64,000 nucleotides of DNA from Dictyostelium discoideum (GCA_000004695.1 CM000153.2:1568001-1632000); one strand, 5' to 3'. Positions 14,123 through 25,576 are shown, counted from the stretch's first letter. The notes: a model not told the origin generated them from the letters alone. Made by a program: numbers and translations.

Positions 14123-14704
14123 GAAACTTACTAATTGACCAGTTTGTAATTTTCTTCTAATATCTTGATCTTGTGGTAAAATGTCACTAAGTAAATAATA
14201 GTTTGTAACAGGTTCAGATTTTGAAGTTTGAGTTTGAACAACTGTTGTAAATTCTGTTAGTGGTTTACCAACAAATTGCTTTTTCCAATGTTCTAAATAA
14301 CCAACTAAATTTGTAATTTGATTAACATCAGCAATAACAAATTTATGTTGATTGAAAATGTGTTCTAATATAGTTCTAGATTCAAATTCAAAATGAGAAC
14401 ATAATAAACATGGATATTTAACACCAGTATTGTTTGTGTTGCTTGATACTACTGATGATGTTGATTCTGCATCTGATGCACTTAAATCTTCTGAATCTGA
14501 TTGATTAATATTTAAATTACTTATTGAACCTGTAGTTGTTGCTGTAGTTGAAGTTGTAGTTGTAGTTGTTGTTGTAGTTGTTGTTGCTGGAGTTATAATG
14601 GTTGGTATTTGTATATTATTATTATTATTATTATTATTATTAAAATCAAATGTTAATGATGATTTTAATGGTTCAACAGTAGGCCATTTACTCCAATCTT
14701 GCAT
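12531..14704 (-). CDS. ZNF277-family C2H2 zinc-finger protein (ortholog of human ZNF277), five exons
   Basis: Exons on the minus strand: 14132..14704, 13910..14037, 13472..13807, 13219..13376, 12531..12895. Each donor is the reverse complement of acttac, cattac or acatac, i.e. GTAAGT/GTAATG/GTATGT. The spliced product has paired C2H2 fingers plus family-specific strings that match human ZNF277: CLYCEKIF...HMKKKKHNRLNPTNTTYDKYYLLNYLEPGKNWE (human HMRKKQHRKINPKNREYDRFYVINYLELGKSWE), CLFCETHFDNSDCTFEHMRNVHNFDF (human CLFCEKQAETIEKLYVHMEDAHEFDL), KLLNFIRRCVSEMICCYCGDNSFKDK (human KLVNFIRRQVHQCRCYGCHVKFKSK) and LFPTYENDNIL (human YFPTYENDTLL). Confidence 0.65.
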
Positions 14705-14806
14705 TTTTTAATTTATAAATTTATATGTGTGAAAATGAATGTTTAAAATAAATGAAAAAACAAGGAATTGTAATTTTGAGAAAAATAAAAAATTTTAGAT
14801 TAAACG

Positions 14807-14855
<49 letters not shown>

Positions 14856-15139
14856 TTAAACCGACGAAAATTATTTGTTACACATTAATACATTAATTAG
14901 ATGATATTTTCCTTTTATAAATTTTTTTTTTCCTTTAATGGATACCTAATTTATTAAAAATTTTTTTTTTTTTTTTTCCTTTTAACCTTAATTTATTTAT
15001 CTTAAAAAATTATTTTTTTTTTTTTTTTTTTCCAAAAACAGAAAATTTAAAAAATTGGATGGGTATACGCTTTTTTGTTTTTTTGAGGGGTCTATTTTTA
15101 TATACTTAATTCCTTTTTAAAATTAATTAAATTTAATCC

Positions 15140-15183
<44 letters not shown>

Positions 15184-15207
15184 AAACCCTTTTTTTATTT
15201 TTTTTAT

Positions 15208-15265
<58 letters not shown>

Positions 15266-15295
15266 CAAAACAACCACAAAAAAAAAAAAAAAAAA

Positions 15296-15305
15296 GGGGG
15301 AGGGG
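15296..15305. promoter_or_regulatory. G-run (gggggagggg) about 20 bp upstream of the ankyrin-gene ATG; a G-box-like element
   Basis: An isolated G10 element inside poly(A)/poly(T) promoter sequence. G-rich boxes are known targets of the Dictyostelium G-box-binding factor, so this is plausible but untested. Confidence 0.25.
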
Positions 15306-15321
15306 TACTAAAAAATATAGA

Positions 15322-17892
15322 ATGGCATCTCAAAATAATAACAATTTGGGAGGAATATTTTCAACAAGTGCAGATAGTTCAAGTAGTGGAAGTTGCTCAG
15401 AATATGCAGGATCTCCATCCAACAGTTATTTCATTACACCTAATTCTCCAACACAACACACTATTCCACCATTATTATCATCATACAATCCTCAATCAAT
15501 TAGACCAAATATTTATAACAGTTTAGTTGATAATAATAATAATAATACTAATACAAATACTAATACAAATACAAATACAAATAATAATAGTAATAATAAT
15601 AATAACAACAACAACAATAATAATAATAGTGAAGAGAAAATATTTAATTTTAGTTCACTTTTAGAAGCAATAAGAGTAGATGATAAAGAATTAATTGTTG
15701 AATTTTGTAGATTGAATAAAAACTTAACCAAATTGGATCTAAGAGATGGTGATGGCAGAACTCCAATTCATTATTGTATAGAATATGATTCTTATGGTTC
15801 TTTAGATATAATATTATCATCTTGGGTAATAACTTTAGGTGATTTAAATTTAAAAGATAAAGATGATTGGACTCCATTACATTGTAATGTATATCAAAAT
15901 AATTTTTAATCAAAACAAAACAAAAAAAAAAAACAAAAAAAACAAAAAAAAACCCACAAACACTAATACATAAATAAATAAATTAAATAAATAGATGCAG
16001 CATTATTTGATAGAATTGAATGTGCATTGATATTAGTTCAAAATGGTGCTAATATCAATTGTTTAACCAATGAAAATTGGACACCATTACATATAGCATC
16101 ATGGAGAGGTCATTCAGATTTTGTTTCAATGTTAATTGAAAAGAGATCAAAATTAACATTAAAAACAAAAGATGGTTTAACAGCTCATCAATTAGCATTA
16201 AATTCATTTCATTTCTCAATTGCAAATGAAATTTCTGAAGCATTATTAATTAAAGGTGATGGTGAACGTATTTCAAATAATCAAAATAATAGTGGTGGTG
16301 GTGGTGGTGGTGGTGGTGGTGGTAGTACTTCAAGCAGTACAAGTAGTAATAATCAAAATAATAATCAAAACAATAATCAAAGTAATAATAATAATAATAA
16401 TTTAATTTCAAATATATTAGATGAAAGTTTAAATGAAGAGATAATAACATTATTTAAAAGATCATCAAAACCTCAATTAGAATCAAATATGTAAGTTTTT
16501 TTTTATTATTTTTAAAATTATTGGGAAAAATTAAAAACATTATTTTTAATAAAAAAAAAAAAAAAAAATAGTAATTATAATTTAGTTAAAGATCATAATG
16601 GAGTTACACCATTACATTTAGCAGCAGTTAGAAATGGAATTGAAACAATAGTTTTATTAATAAAGAATCATAATATGAATGTAAATATTCAAGATAATTC
16701 AGGAAAGACACCATTACATTTTGCAGCATATAATGCAAAATTGGAAGCAATGAAAACATTGATTGAAAATGGTGCAAATGTAAATATGTGTTTAGTTGAT
16801 CATAGTAATCATAGTTTAATTTTAAATCAATATTTAAATAATTTTAGTAATAGTGGTAATAGTGTTGGAGTTTTAGTGAATAATAGTATAATAAATCATC
16901 AACAACAACAACAATTACAAAATCAAAATAAATTTAAAAAAGAATATGGAATCACAGCATTACATGAAGGTGCATATTCTGGTGATGTCAAAGTATTGGA
17001 TTTGTTATTAAATAATGGTGCATTTGTAAATGCAAAATCATATTATGGCACATCATTACATTATGCAACATCGATTGGGTCAGTTGAATGTGTGAAATAT
17101 TTATTAGCAAATGGAGTGGATGCTAGAATTAGAAATGATCAAGGTATGACTGCATTACATGTCGCAGCATTTCATGGTTATTCAAATTGTTTGGACGAAT
17201 TAGCATTATCAAATGGTGGGGCAGAGGTGAATTCAAAATGTAGAGATGGTAGTACACCATTGATGAAAGCTACTATGGGTGCAGCAGGCTCAGAGAATAG
17301 AGATGTGTCTTGTGTGGTTTCATTATTGGATAAAGGTGCAGATCCAAATATTACCAATGAAATGAATGAAAATGCATTACATGTTGCATCTTATTATGGC
17401 CTTTCAGAGATTACTCAAACATTGATTGGGCGTGGTAGTAATTTAGAAGCAAAAGATAAATGGGGTGAAACTGCTCTTCATAAATGTGTATATCAAAATC
17501 ATTCAAAAGTTTTGGAGATTCTAATTGGTATGGGTGCAAGAATTAATTCAGAAAATTTCGAAGGTGAAAGTGCATTACATGTGGCCGTTCGAAAGAATAG
17601 TAGTGAATGTGCTCATATATTGGCATCTTGCAAAGGTGTAAATTTAAATTGTGTAAACAAATATGGTGAAACACCACTTCATTATGCCTGTTCAAATGGT
17701 TTAATCGAATTGGCAATGATGTTCCTTGAAAAGGGCGCAATACCTCATATACCTGATAGCCAAGGTGATATACCATTAATGGTTGCACTAAGAAGAGGAT
17801 TCACTGAAATATCATTAACTCTAATTAGATGGGGTGTTCAAGGTGGTTCAAAAGTTTCACCTTTTATAAAAAATGAATTAAAAACTTCAATC

Positions 17893-17965
<73 letters not shown>

Positions 17966-17968
17966 GTA

Positions 17969-18058
<90 letters not shown>

Positions 18059-18939
18059 TTGTATCTTCTTCTTCTTCACCAACAACTTCAAGTTTACCAA
18101 TACCTGTACCAACATCTTCTTCTTTATCAAATTCATCATCATCCTCACCATCATTATCAACATTAGCATTAGGTTCACCATCATTATCTTCTTTGAGTGG
18201 TACTAGTGTAATCAATAATAATAATTTAAATAATAGTCGTGATCATTCAATTACAATTACTCATCATGGTAGTTTTTCAGGTAATGTTGGTGAAAGTCCA
18301 ATGGTATCACCAATGTTAAGAGTTAATAATTATAATGAACATGCATTACATGCAGCTGCAATGGCAGGTTATTCAGATTGTGTGTTGGCATTGTTAGGTG
18401 TTGGTGCTGATATTAATCAACCAGAGTGTTATGGTAATACCCCATTGCATGGTGCATGCTATACAGAGAATGCCGATTTAGTAGATATGATGATTACAAT
18501 GGGTGCCGATGTAAATAGAACCAATAAAGATTTAGTTACACCACTTCATGTCGCTGCTTTAATGGGTAATTCACGTGTTGTTGAAATTTTAGTTGCTCGT
18601 GGAGCAAATTGTACCCTTTGTGATAGAAATGGTGATACACCTTTGCATGGTGCTTCATTATCTGGTGATATTCAATCGATTCAATATATTTTAATGGGTA
18701 AACCACCTTCATCAGTGCCAATCGATGTTAAAAATGCAAAACAATGGACTCCACTTCATATGTCTGCTTCATCGGGTCATATTAAAAGTACAAAATTCTT
18801 AATTCAACATGGCGCAAATCCTCATCTCAAAAATATTTCTGGTGATACTCCTTATGATCAAGCTATCTCTGCTGGTCATGTTGATGTTTCTGCTTTCCTA
18901 AAAAATATTAAACCAAAGAAATCTTTTGGTTTATTTTAA
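15322..18939 (+). CDS. Large ankyrin-repeat protein (about 1140 aa, 20 or more ANK repeats) with a roughly 55-residue poly-Asn insert
   Basis: Three exons: 15322..15883, 15995..16490, 16572..18939. The donors are GTAATG at 15884 and GTAAGT at 16491. The acceptors are AG at 15993-15994 and AG at 16570-16571. Splicing restores continuous ANK repeats across both junctions: ...DWTPLH|YAALFDRIECALILVQNGANIN... and ...ESNI|NYNLVKDHNGVTPLHLAAVRNG... TPLH-x-AA-x2-G-x6-LL-x2-GA-x-N repeats recur throughout. The (AAT)n tract at 17893..18057 encodes the poly-N. Confidence 0.8.
17893..18057 (+). repeat. (AAT)n coding trinucleotide microsatellite (about 165 bp, poly-Asn) inside the ankyrin gene
   Basis: An uninterrupted AAT run with one AGT, in frame with the surrounding ANK-repeat ORF. 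Confidence 0.9.
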
Positions 18940-19276
18940 TCAAAAATTTGTAAAATTAATAATAAAATAATAAAAATTATTATAAAAAAAAAAAAAAAAA
19001 AAAAATATTTATATATAAAAATAAAATAATAATAAAATAAAAATTATTATTAATCCAATTCAATCCTATCATATTTATTAATTATTAATTTTTCCAATTT
19101 CTTTCCAATCATTTCCTATAAATAATAAAATGATTTGTAAATTGGTAATAGTGTGTGGATATTTTGTTGTGATAACTACATTTTTTAATCAATTCAAATT
19201 TTTGAGTTTTAATAAAATATTTTATTGAATTGATTTTGAAATATTTTTAATAATGTTGTTATTATTCCAAAACAAA

Positions 19277-19324
19277 TTTTTCAATAGCTGGGATATTAAA
19301 AAATTTTTCAATAGCTGGGATATT
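19277..19324. repeat. Tandem direct repeat, two copies of tttttcaatagctgggatatt separated by aaaaaa
   Basis: Two exact 21-bp copies with a 27-bp period, about 340 bp downstream of the ankyrin-gene stop. Not a microsatellite and not seen elsewhere in the window. Confidence 0.6.
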
Positions 19325-19859
19325 TAAAAAAATTTTAAAAATTTAAAATTTAAATTTAAAAAATGTAAAATTTAAAATTTTTTAAAAATTTGTTCTTCTT
19401 TACAATAAAATAAAAAATAAATATAATTGTTCTCAAACAAAATAATTATAATTAATTTTTTTTTTTTTTTTTGTTTCCACTTCTGTCATCATATTGTCCC
19501 TTGAAAAACAGTGTTTTTAGAATTATTACTTTAATAGAATTTTGTCAGTTATTACAAATAATGATATTTTAAAAAAATAGCTATTTAAAGTTATATATAA
19601 AATTATTTTTAACTTGCATTACATGTTGTTATTTTTTATTCAAAATTAAAAAATTAAAAAAAAATCTAAGAGATTAAATTTTATTTTATTAATATTTTTG
19701 GTTTTTATTTTTTGTTTAGATTTTAACAAAAAATTTAAAATTAATTTAGAACCTTGCAACATTAATTTTTTTCTTGTTCATTAGTCTATTTTAGTAAAAA
19801 AAAAAAATAAAAAAAAAAAACATAATTAATTTAAACTTGTTTTAAATTATTCAATCAAC

Positions 19860-19903
<44 letters not shown>

Positions 19904-20498
19904 TTGATAATAATTACAAATAATTAACAAAAAATGGGTCAAAACCAAAATAAAAAATCAATATTTAAAGGAATTAAAATTTCAATACAATTAAAATATA
20001 AATCCAAAAATCTTTTTTTAATAAAAAAAAAAAAAAAAATTACTATCAGGGAAAATGTCAATTTCCAGTAAGGATTTAATTTTTTTTTATAAATTTAATT
20101 TTAAATGTTTTTAGATATTAATTTAATTTTTTAAAGGTTTATTAAATAAAATTTCATTTAACCAAAAAAGTTTTGTCAATCAAAATTTATTTACTCAAAG
20201 TTTAAACACAAACAGTGTTCAAAAAACATATTCAAATAATGTTTTAGGAGAAGACTTAGGTTGGAAAGGGCAATATGAGCCAATGTGTGGTCACTCTCTT
20301 GTCCCCAATTGTTAAAATTCTCATATATTTTTTGAAAAATAAAAAGTTTTTTATTTTTGTTGAATAATTGCAATAAAATTGTATTTCTTTGGACACCAAT
20401 ATAAACAAGTTTTTTTTTTTTTAATAATTAATAATATATAAAAAATATAGAAATAGAGAAAAATTGAATTTGATGTTATGTTTTTGTTTGATTCATAT

Positions 20499-20542
<44 letters not shown>

Positions 20543-20670
20543 CATGTCGGGGGGAGGGTAATATATTTTAATTATTTTTTATTGAATGAATGCCGGGGAG
20601 AGTCATATATTTTAATTATATTACTATTTGTTTTTTAAAATCATGTCGGGGAGAGTCATATATTTAAAAC
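20543..20670. repeat. Three dispersed or tandem copies (about 50-bp period) of a 30-bp unit catgtcgggg(g)agag(g)tcatatattt(t)aa
   Basis: Copies at 20543..20575, 20590..20619 and 20642..20670. They are GC-rich cores in poly(T) flanks, about 450-550 bp from the 3' side of the tRNA-Ser gene. Confidence 0.6.
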
Positions 20671-20714
20671 ATTTATAAATATCAAAAAATTACAGTCTCC
20701 ATCAATACAAAATT

Positions 20715-20759
<45 letters not shown>

Positions 20760-20761
<2 letters not shown>

Positions 20762-21100
20762 TGGATTAACAAGATTGATATATGTCCATCTGTGTTAATA
20801 CGAGTTTTTATTTAATATTTATTTATAGGCTTATCATTTAAGCTGAAGGGTTATTTTAATCATATGAATTGATCAAAAGATATAATATTTGGGAGAGATG
20901 ATTCTGGAATACAATAGTAATTAGCTGTAGGGTATTTCTTCTGCAAAGGCAGTTTTGATGAGGGCGTCCACTATTCCTGCCTTTTCTCTTGGAATTCTTA
21001 CTCTTCCTGTGAGGACGTGGTAGTCTCTACTGGAGGTGATGAAGGTTCCCAATTTAAAATCATTCCTGTCACCTGTCTACGACTGCAAATCGAGGTCATT
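20760..21100. mobile_element. GC-richer non-coding island (about 340 bp) directly abutting the 3' end of tRNA-Ser; candidate relic of a tRNA-gene-targeted retroelement or solo LTR
   Basis: GC content is far above the flanking intergenic DNA and no long ORF survives in any frame. It starts right after the tRNA pol III terminator. Dictyostelium TRE3-type non-LTR elements insert about 100 bp downstream of tRNA genes. The family was not identified. Confidence 0.3.
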
Positions 21101-21108
21101 AAAAAGAT

Positions 21109-21190
21109 CGACATCGGCAGGGTTCGAACCTGCGCCTCCTAGGAGATTTGATTTCAAGTCAAACGCGTTAGACCACTTCGCTACGATGTC
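21109..21190 (-). tRNA. tRNA-Ser (anticodon UGA), 82 nt, with a long variable arm
   Basis: Reverse complement: GACATCG TA GCGA AGTGGTCTAA CGCG TTTGA CTTGAAA TCAAA TCTCCTAGGAGGCGC AGGTT CGAACCC TGCCGATGTC G. It has a 7-bp acceptor stem, a D-loop with GG, an anticodon loop cT-TGA-Aa, a class-II variable arm (CUCCUAGGAGG), a T-loop GGTTCGAAC and a T5 terminator just 3'. The two overlapping ORF-track entries (21036..21224 +, 21077..21295 -) are artefacts. Confidence 0.85.
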
Positions 21191-21222
21191 TTTGATGAAA
21201 TTTGAAATAAATAGAAAAATTT

Positions 21223-21284
21223 GATGGAAATTATTTAAACCCAATTCAAAAAAAAAAAAAAAAAAAAGATGGAAATTATTTAAA
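21223..21284 (+). mobile_element. 17-bp direct duplication (gatggaaattatttaaa) flanking 'cccaattc' plus A20; looks like the target-site duplication (TSD) of an extremely 5'-truncated poly(A) retroelement 33-95 bp upstream of the tRNA
   Basis: Copy 1 is at 21223..21239 and copy 2 at 21268..21284, with cccaattc plus 20 A between them. Position and head-to-head orientation relative to the tRNA 5' end fit TRE5-type elements, which insert about 50 bp upstream of tRNA genes. A simple slippage duplication is the alternative. Confidence 0.35.
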
Positions 21285-21375
21285 ATTAAAAACAAATTAT
21301 CTTTTTTTTGCTTATAAGCAAAATAAATATTAGAACAAATCTTAAATCAAGATGAGGTTGTTTTAAAAAAAAAAT

Positions 21376-24009
21376 TTATTTTTGTTTTAGTTCCAATTTT
21401 TTGATTTCCCTTTTTAAATTGGCCAACTCTGACTGTAATGAATATAATTGATTAAAATCATTTTTTTTCTTTTCAAATTGGTTTGTTAGCTTTAAATATT
21501 CAATAGCTTGAATTAAAAACTCTTGGTTAAATAAACCACCATCATTTAATTGAAGTGTTTGTTGTTGTTGCAGTTGTTTTTGTTGTTGTTGTGGTTGTTG
21601 ATTATTTTTTTTCTTTATAGTGTTACAAAAATTTGAAATCATATCACCACCCATTTTATGTAATTGAAATTTTGATTTAATCCTTTTTTTACATTTTGAA
21701 GCCATTGAAGCAATTTTCTTTGGATTCTTAATTAATTGTTTTAAAACTTGTACAAATTTATTGGTGAATTCCAAAGGGTCAATATCATTACCGCCACCAA
21801 TATCAGTAATATCAACCAAGAAACCACAATCAGATGTAACCAATTCACTTTGACCACCAACATTACTACCAACAGGTACTAAACCAATTGACATTGATTC
21901 ATAGAAAATCATAGAAACACCTTCGAATTGACTTGGCAAGAAAACTATATCACATGCAGAGATAATTGATTTCATATCTTGAGTTGGTACATCACCTAAT
22001 AATTTAATTACATCTGATAATCCATTCTGCTTAACATATAATTCAACCTTACTTTTCAAATAACCATCACCAACAAATAAAACTTTAAATAATTGATTTT
22101 GATTTTGATTTTGATTTTGATTTTGATTTTGATTTTGATTTTGATTTTGATTTTGATTTTGATTTTGATTTTCAAAATCATTTAATAATGATTCTTTTAA
22201 TTCTTTAATAATTTCACAAGCTTCTAATGGTTTTTTTTGATTGGTTAATCTTGCAGCATACAATATAACAATCTCTTTATCTGTTATATCATATGATTTT
22301 CTAATTTCATGTCTACTTGATTCACTCTTTTTAAATTCATCCATATCAACGTTTATATAGGTAACCAATATCTTATTTTCATCAATGATTTGATTACTCT
22401 TGGCCAACATCCAATTCTTTAAATGATTTGAAGAAACTAAATGTAAATCTATAAACTGACTCATTCCAATTGATTGTCTTGGATGGCCACCATTTCTCCA
22501 ATATTCTTCTTCCATATGATTATAATCGACTATTATTAAATTGTCTTTGTTATATTTATTTGATTTTATAAATGGTAATAAATAATAACCAAATTCACTA
22601 TTTGAAATGAATAAAACATCGATATTTCTTGAATCAATTAAATAATTTATAAATGAAGGATAAGATGAATATGGTAGAAACTTTTCATTGAATAAGAAAA
22701 TGTCAGGTGTATAAAGTTGAAACCTTGATAACCATTTATTATCAGATTCAATTGTGGTTACAATTGTAATTTCCCAACCTTTTTCAACCAATTGTTTACA
22801 AAGATTTAAATTGAATTTATCAGCACCACCAGTATTTAACCATGGTAATATTAATAAAATTCTTGGTGTTGATGATTTCTTTATTAATGGATTCTTAATT
22901 TCATTACAACTACCACCACTACCACCACTACTACCACCAATAAAATTAAAATTAATTTTAAAACTATCTTCATTTTCATTTCTAATTGGATTTGGGAAAC
23001 TTTTATATTGATTATCATTACCACCACCACCACCACCAATGTTATATAATTTTGAATATTTTAATTTTAAATCATTTAAAAACTTTTCTCTCTTTGAAGT
23101 TAATGTATTTTTCCAATTCTTTTCCATAGTTTTCTTATCTTTTCTTCTATACCATTCTAATATTTCTGGTATGGTTTCACCCCAATATCCAGCTGATGCA
23201 CATTTTAAATGAAAATCCCAATCTTCCATTCCATCTCTAATATTTGAATCATATTGAAATTCTAATAATTCTTTTGGATAATGAAAGTATTCACCATCAC
23301 CATCACTACCACCATAACTATAATCATCAACTTGAAAAGATTGATTTATTTGTAATTTATTACCAAACATTGAACGTTTATACATTATTGAAATTGTAAC
23401 TTGATTTTCTATTAAGAATTTATCAGCTTGTTCAAAACCTTTTAACCAAATATATTGAGTATGACCAAAGCCAACTAAATAACCTTTAGTGAATTGAATA
23501 TGAGAGGATGTATTTAATTTCCAAACCATTTTCTCTAATGCTGTTGGTTCTAAAATATCATCAGAATCGAAAAAGAATATATAATCTCCACGAGAATTGT
23601 AAACTCCAATATTCCTTGAATGAGGTAACCCTAAATTGAATGGATTAACAATTACTCTAAATCTAATTGGTTCACGTTTCAACCATTCTCTATATGATTT
23701 TATTGATTTATCATTGGTTGATCCATCATCAATTAATATAACTTCAATCAATTTAAATGATTGTCTAATTAATATACTCTCCATACATTCATTAAATTGT
23801 TGAGGATCTGTATTTAAAAATGGTACAATAACTGATACTATTGGTTTATTCCAATTAACAACTCTTTCTTCATAATTACTTGAATAATTAAAATTTATAA
23901 CTCTATTCTTTGATATTGGTGTACATGAATAATCTGGTGAATTTAAATCAAAACTACATTTTTCATCATCATCATCTTCTTCTTCCTCTTTTTTTTCTTC
24001 TCCTTCTCC

Positions 24010-24042
<33 letters not shown>

Positions 24043-24343
24043 TAAAAAATTTATACAATATTGATTTATAATATCATTTTTATTATTTATTATTTTATTA
24101 TTTGTATAATTATAAATTTTATTATTAATTGAAAAAGTTATTATTATATAAAATAAAAATAAAATAAAGAATAATGATAGAATTATTATTATTAAATTTT
24201 TAAAATTTTTTTTTTGTAAAATAATATTTTTAATTTTTTTAAATTTATTATTATTTATAATAGATAATTTTGAAATAAAATTTTTATTATTATAATTATT
24301 TTTATTTGTAATTTTATTATTTTTAATATTTTTAATATCATTA

Positions 24344-24422
<79 letters not shown>

Positions 24423-24573
24423 TATTATTATTATTATTATTATAATTTATTTTTTTATTTCCTCTTCTTTCTATTGATTGAAAATCTTTGAATAATAAAT
24501 TTTCTTCATCTTCATCCTCATCTTCATCATTATCACTTTCATAATTATTACTATTATTATTATTCAATGACAT
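21376..24573 (-). CDS. Membrane-anchored bifunctional glycosyltransferase: an N-terminal GT2 (GT-A) domain fused to a C-terminal GT4 (GT-B) domain
   Basis: 1065-aa single ORF. It has an N-terminal TM helix (LIIIILSLFFILFLFYIIITFSI). The GT2 signature is VSVIVPFLN...IDDGSTND...FFDSDD (DxD). The GT4 signature is RILLILPWLNTGGADKF...ILYAARLTNQKKP...FEGVSMIFYESMSIGLVPV (E-x7-E). A (GATTTT)n tract at 22095..22172 encodes the (NQ)n linker. Confidence 0.75.
22095..22172 (-). repeat. (GATTTT)13 hexanucleotide microsatellite encoding (Asn-Gln)n inside the glycosyltransferase gene
   Basis: Thirteen exact tandem copies on the plus strand. They translate as NQNQNQ... on the minus coding strand. Confidence 0.9.
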
Positions 24574-25039
24574 TCTATTATTTTATATATTTCATCTGAA
24601 ATAAAATTTAAATTTATTCATCTTTTTTTTTTTTTTTTCCCACACCAAAAACAAATAAAAACACACACATTTTAAAAAAAAAATAATAATAAAATAAATT
24701 AAAATTAATTAAAAAAAAAAAAAAAAAAAAAAAAAATTTTTTTTTTTTTTTTTTTTTTAAATTCAATTTTCCAACTTATTAAAATAAGATAGTCCTTTAT
24801 TATTTTTCCCATTTTTTCAAACAATAAAAGTTTTGTGTGCACTTTTTTTTTTTTTTTTTTTTATTTTTTAAAATATTTCTCTTTTGTCCAAACAAAAAAA
24901 AAAAAAAAACAATACAATATTTTGTTATATGTATGTAAAATAAAAAAAAGTTTGTTACTAAATTGGAGAGGTGAAGAAAGAAGTGTAAATAAAATTATAA
25001 AAGGAAAGAAATAAAATAATAATAAAATAAAATAAATAA

Positions 25040-25541
25040 ATGGCAGCAGAATTACCATTTTATATTGCTTCATCAGTTGAAGAGTTGGTGAAAAAACATG
25101 TGGAAGGTGTTGAAGTCGATAAAAACTATTCAATTTTTCATTATTTATCAACTTGTAATAATTTAGTAAAACAAGCAGATATTTATAAGTCTGAAGGTGA
25201 TATTGAAAGAACTTATATTTATTCATTAAGATTTTGCATGTAAGTTTTTAATAAACAATATATAAAAACTATAAATTTAATTACATTATATTTCACATAC
25301 ACAATACATTATCATTTCAGAACATTTATAAATATTTATACTAAAATTCATAATAATAGTTTAATTTTTGAAAAGTTACAAAAACATCCAGATTTCAATA
25401 AAGAATCATTTACAAAATCAAGAAATGAAATAAAAAGAAAAGCAGAATTGAAATTAAAAGAATTAGAAGGTTTAAAAGAAACTCTTAAAAAAGGTTATGA
25501 AAGAATACAACATAAAAAAGAAGAAGAAAGAAAAGTATATT

Positions 25542-25576
<35 letters not shown>

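Noticed and set aside
20543-20670. Regularly spaced short repeats considered as a CRISPR-like array
   Set aside because: The host is clearly eukaryotic (spliceosomal introns, tRNA with pol III terminator, poly-N proteins). There are only three imperfect copies with unequal spacing and no cas genes. A retroelement or regulatory origin is far more likely.
21036-21295. Two overlapping ORFs (21036..21224 +, 21077..21295 -) across the tRNA locus
   Set aside because: The sequence folds into a canonical tRNA-Ser with pol III terminator; the ORFs are chance frames through it.
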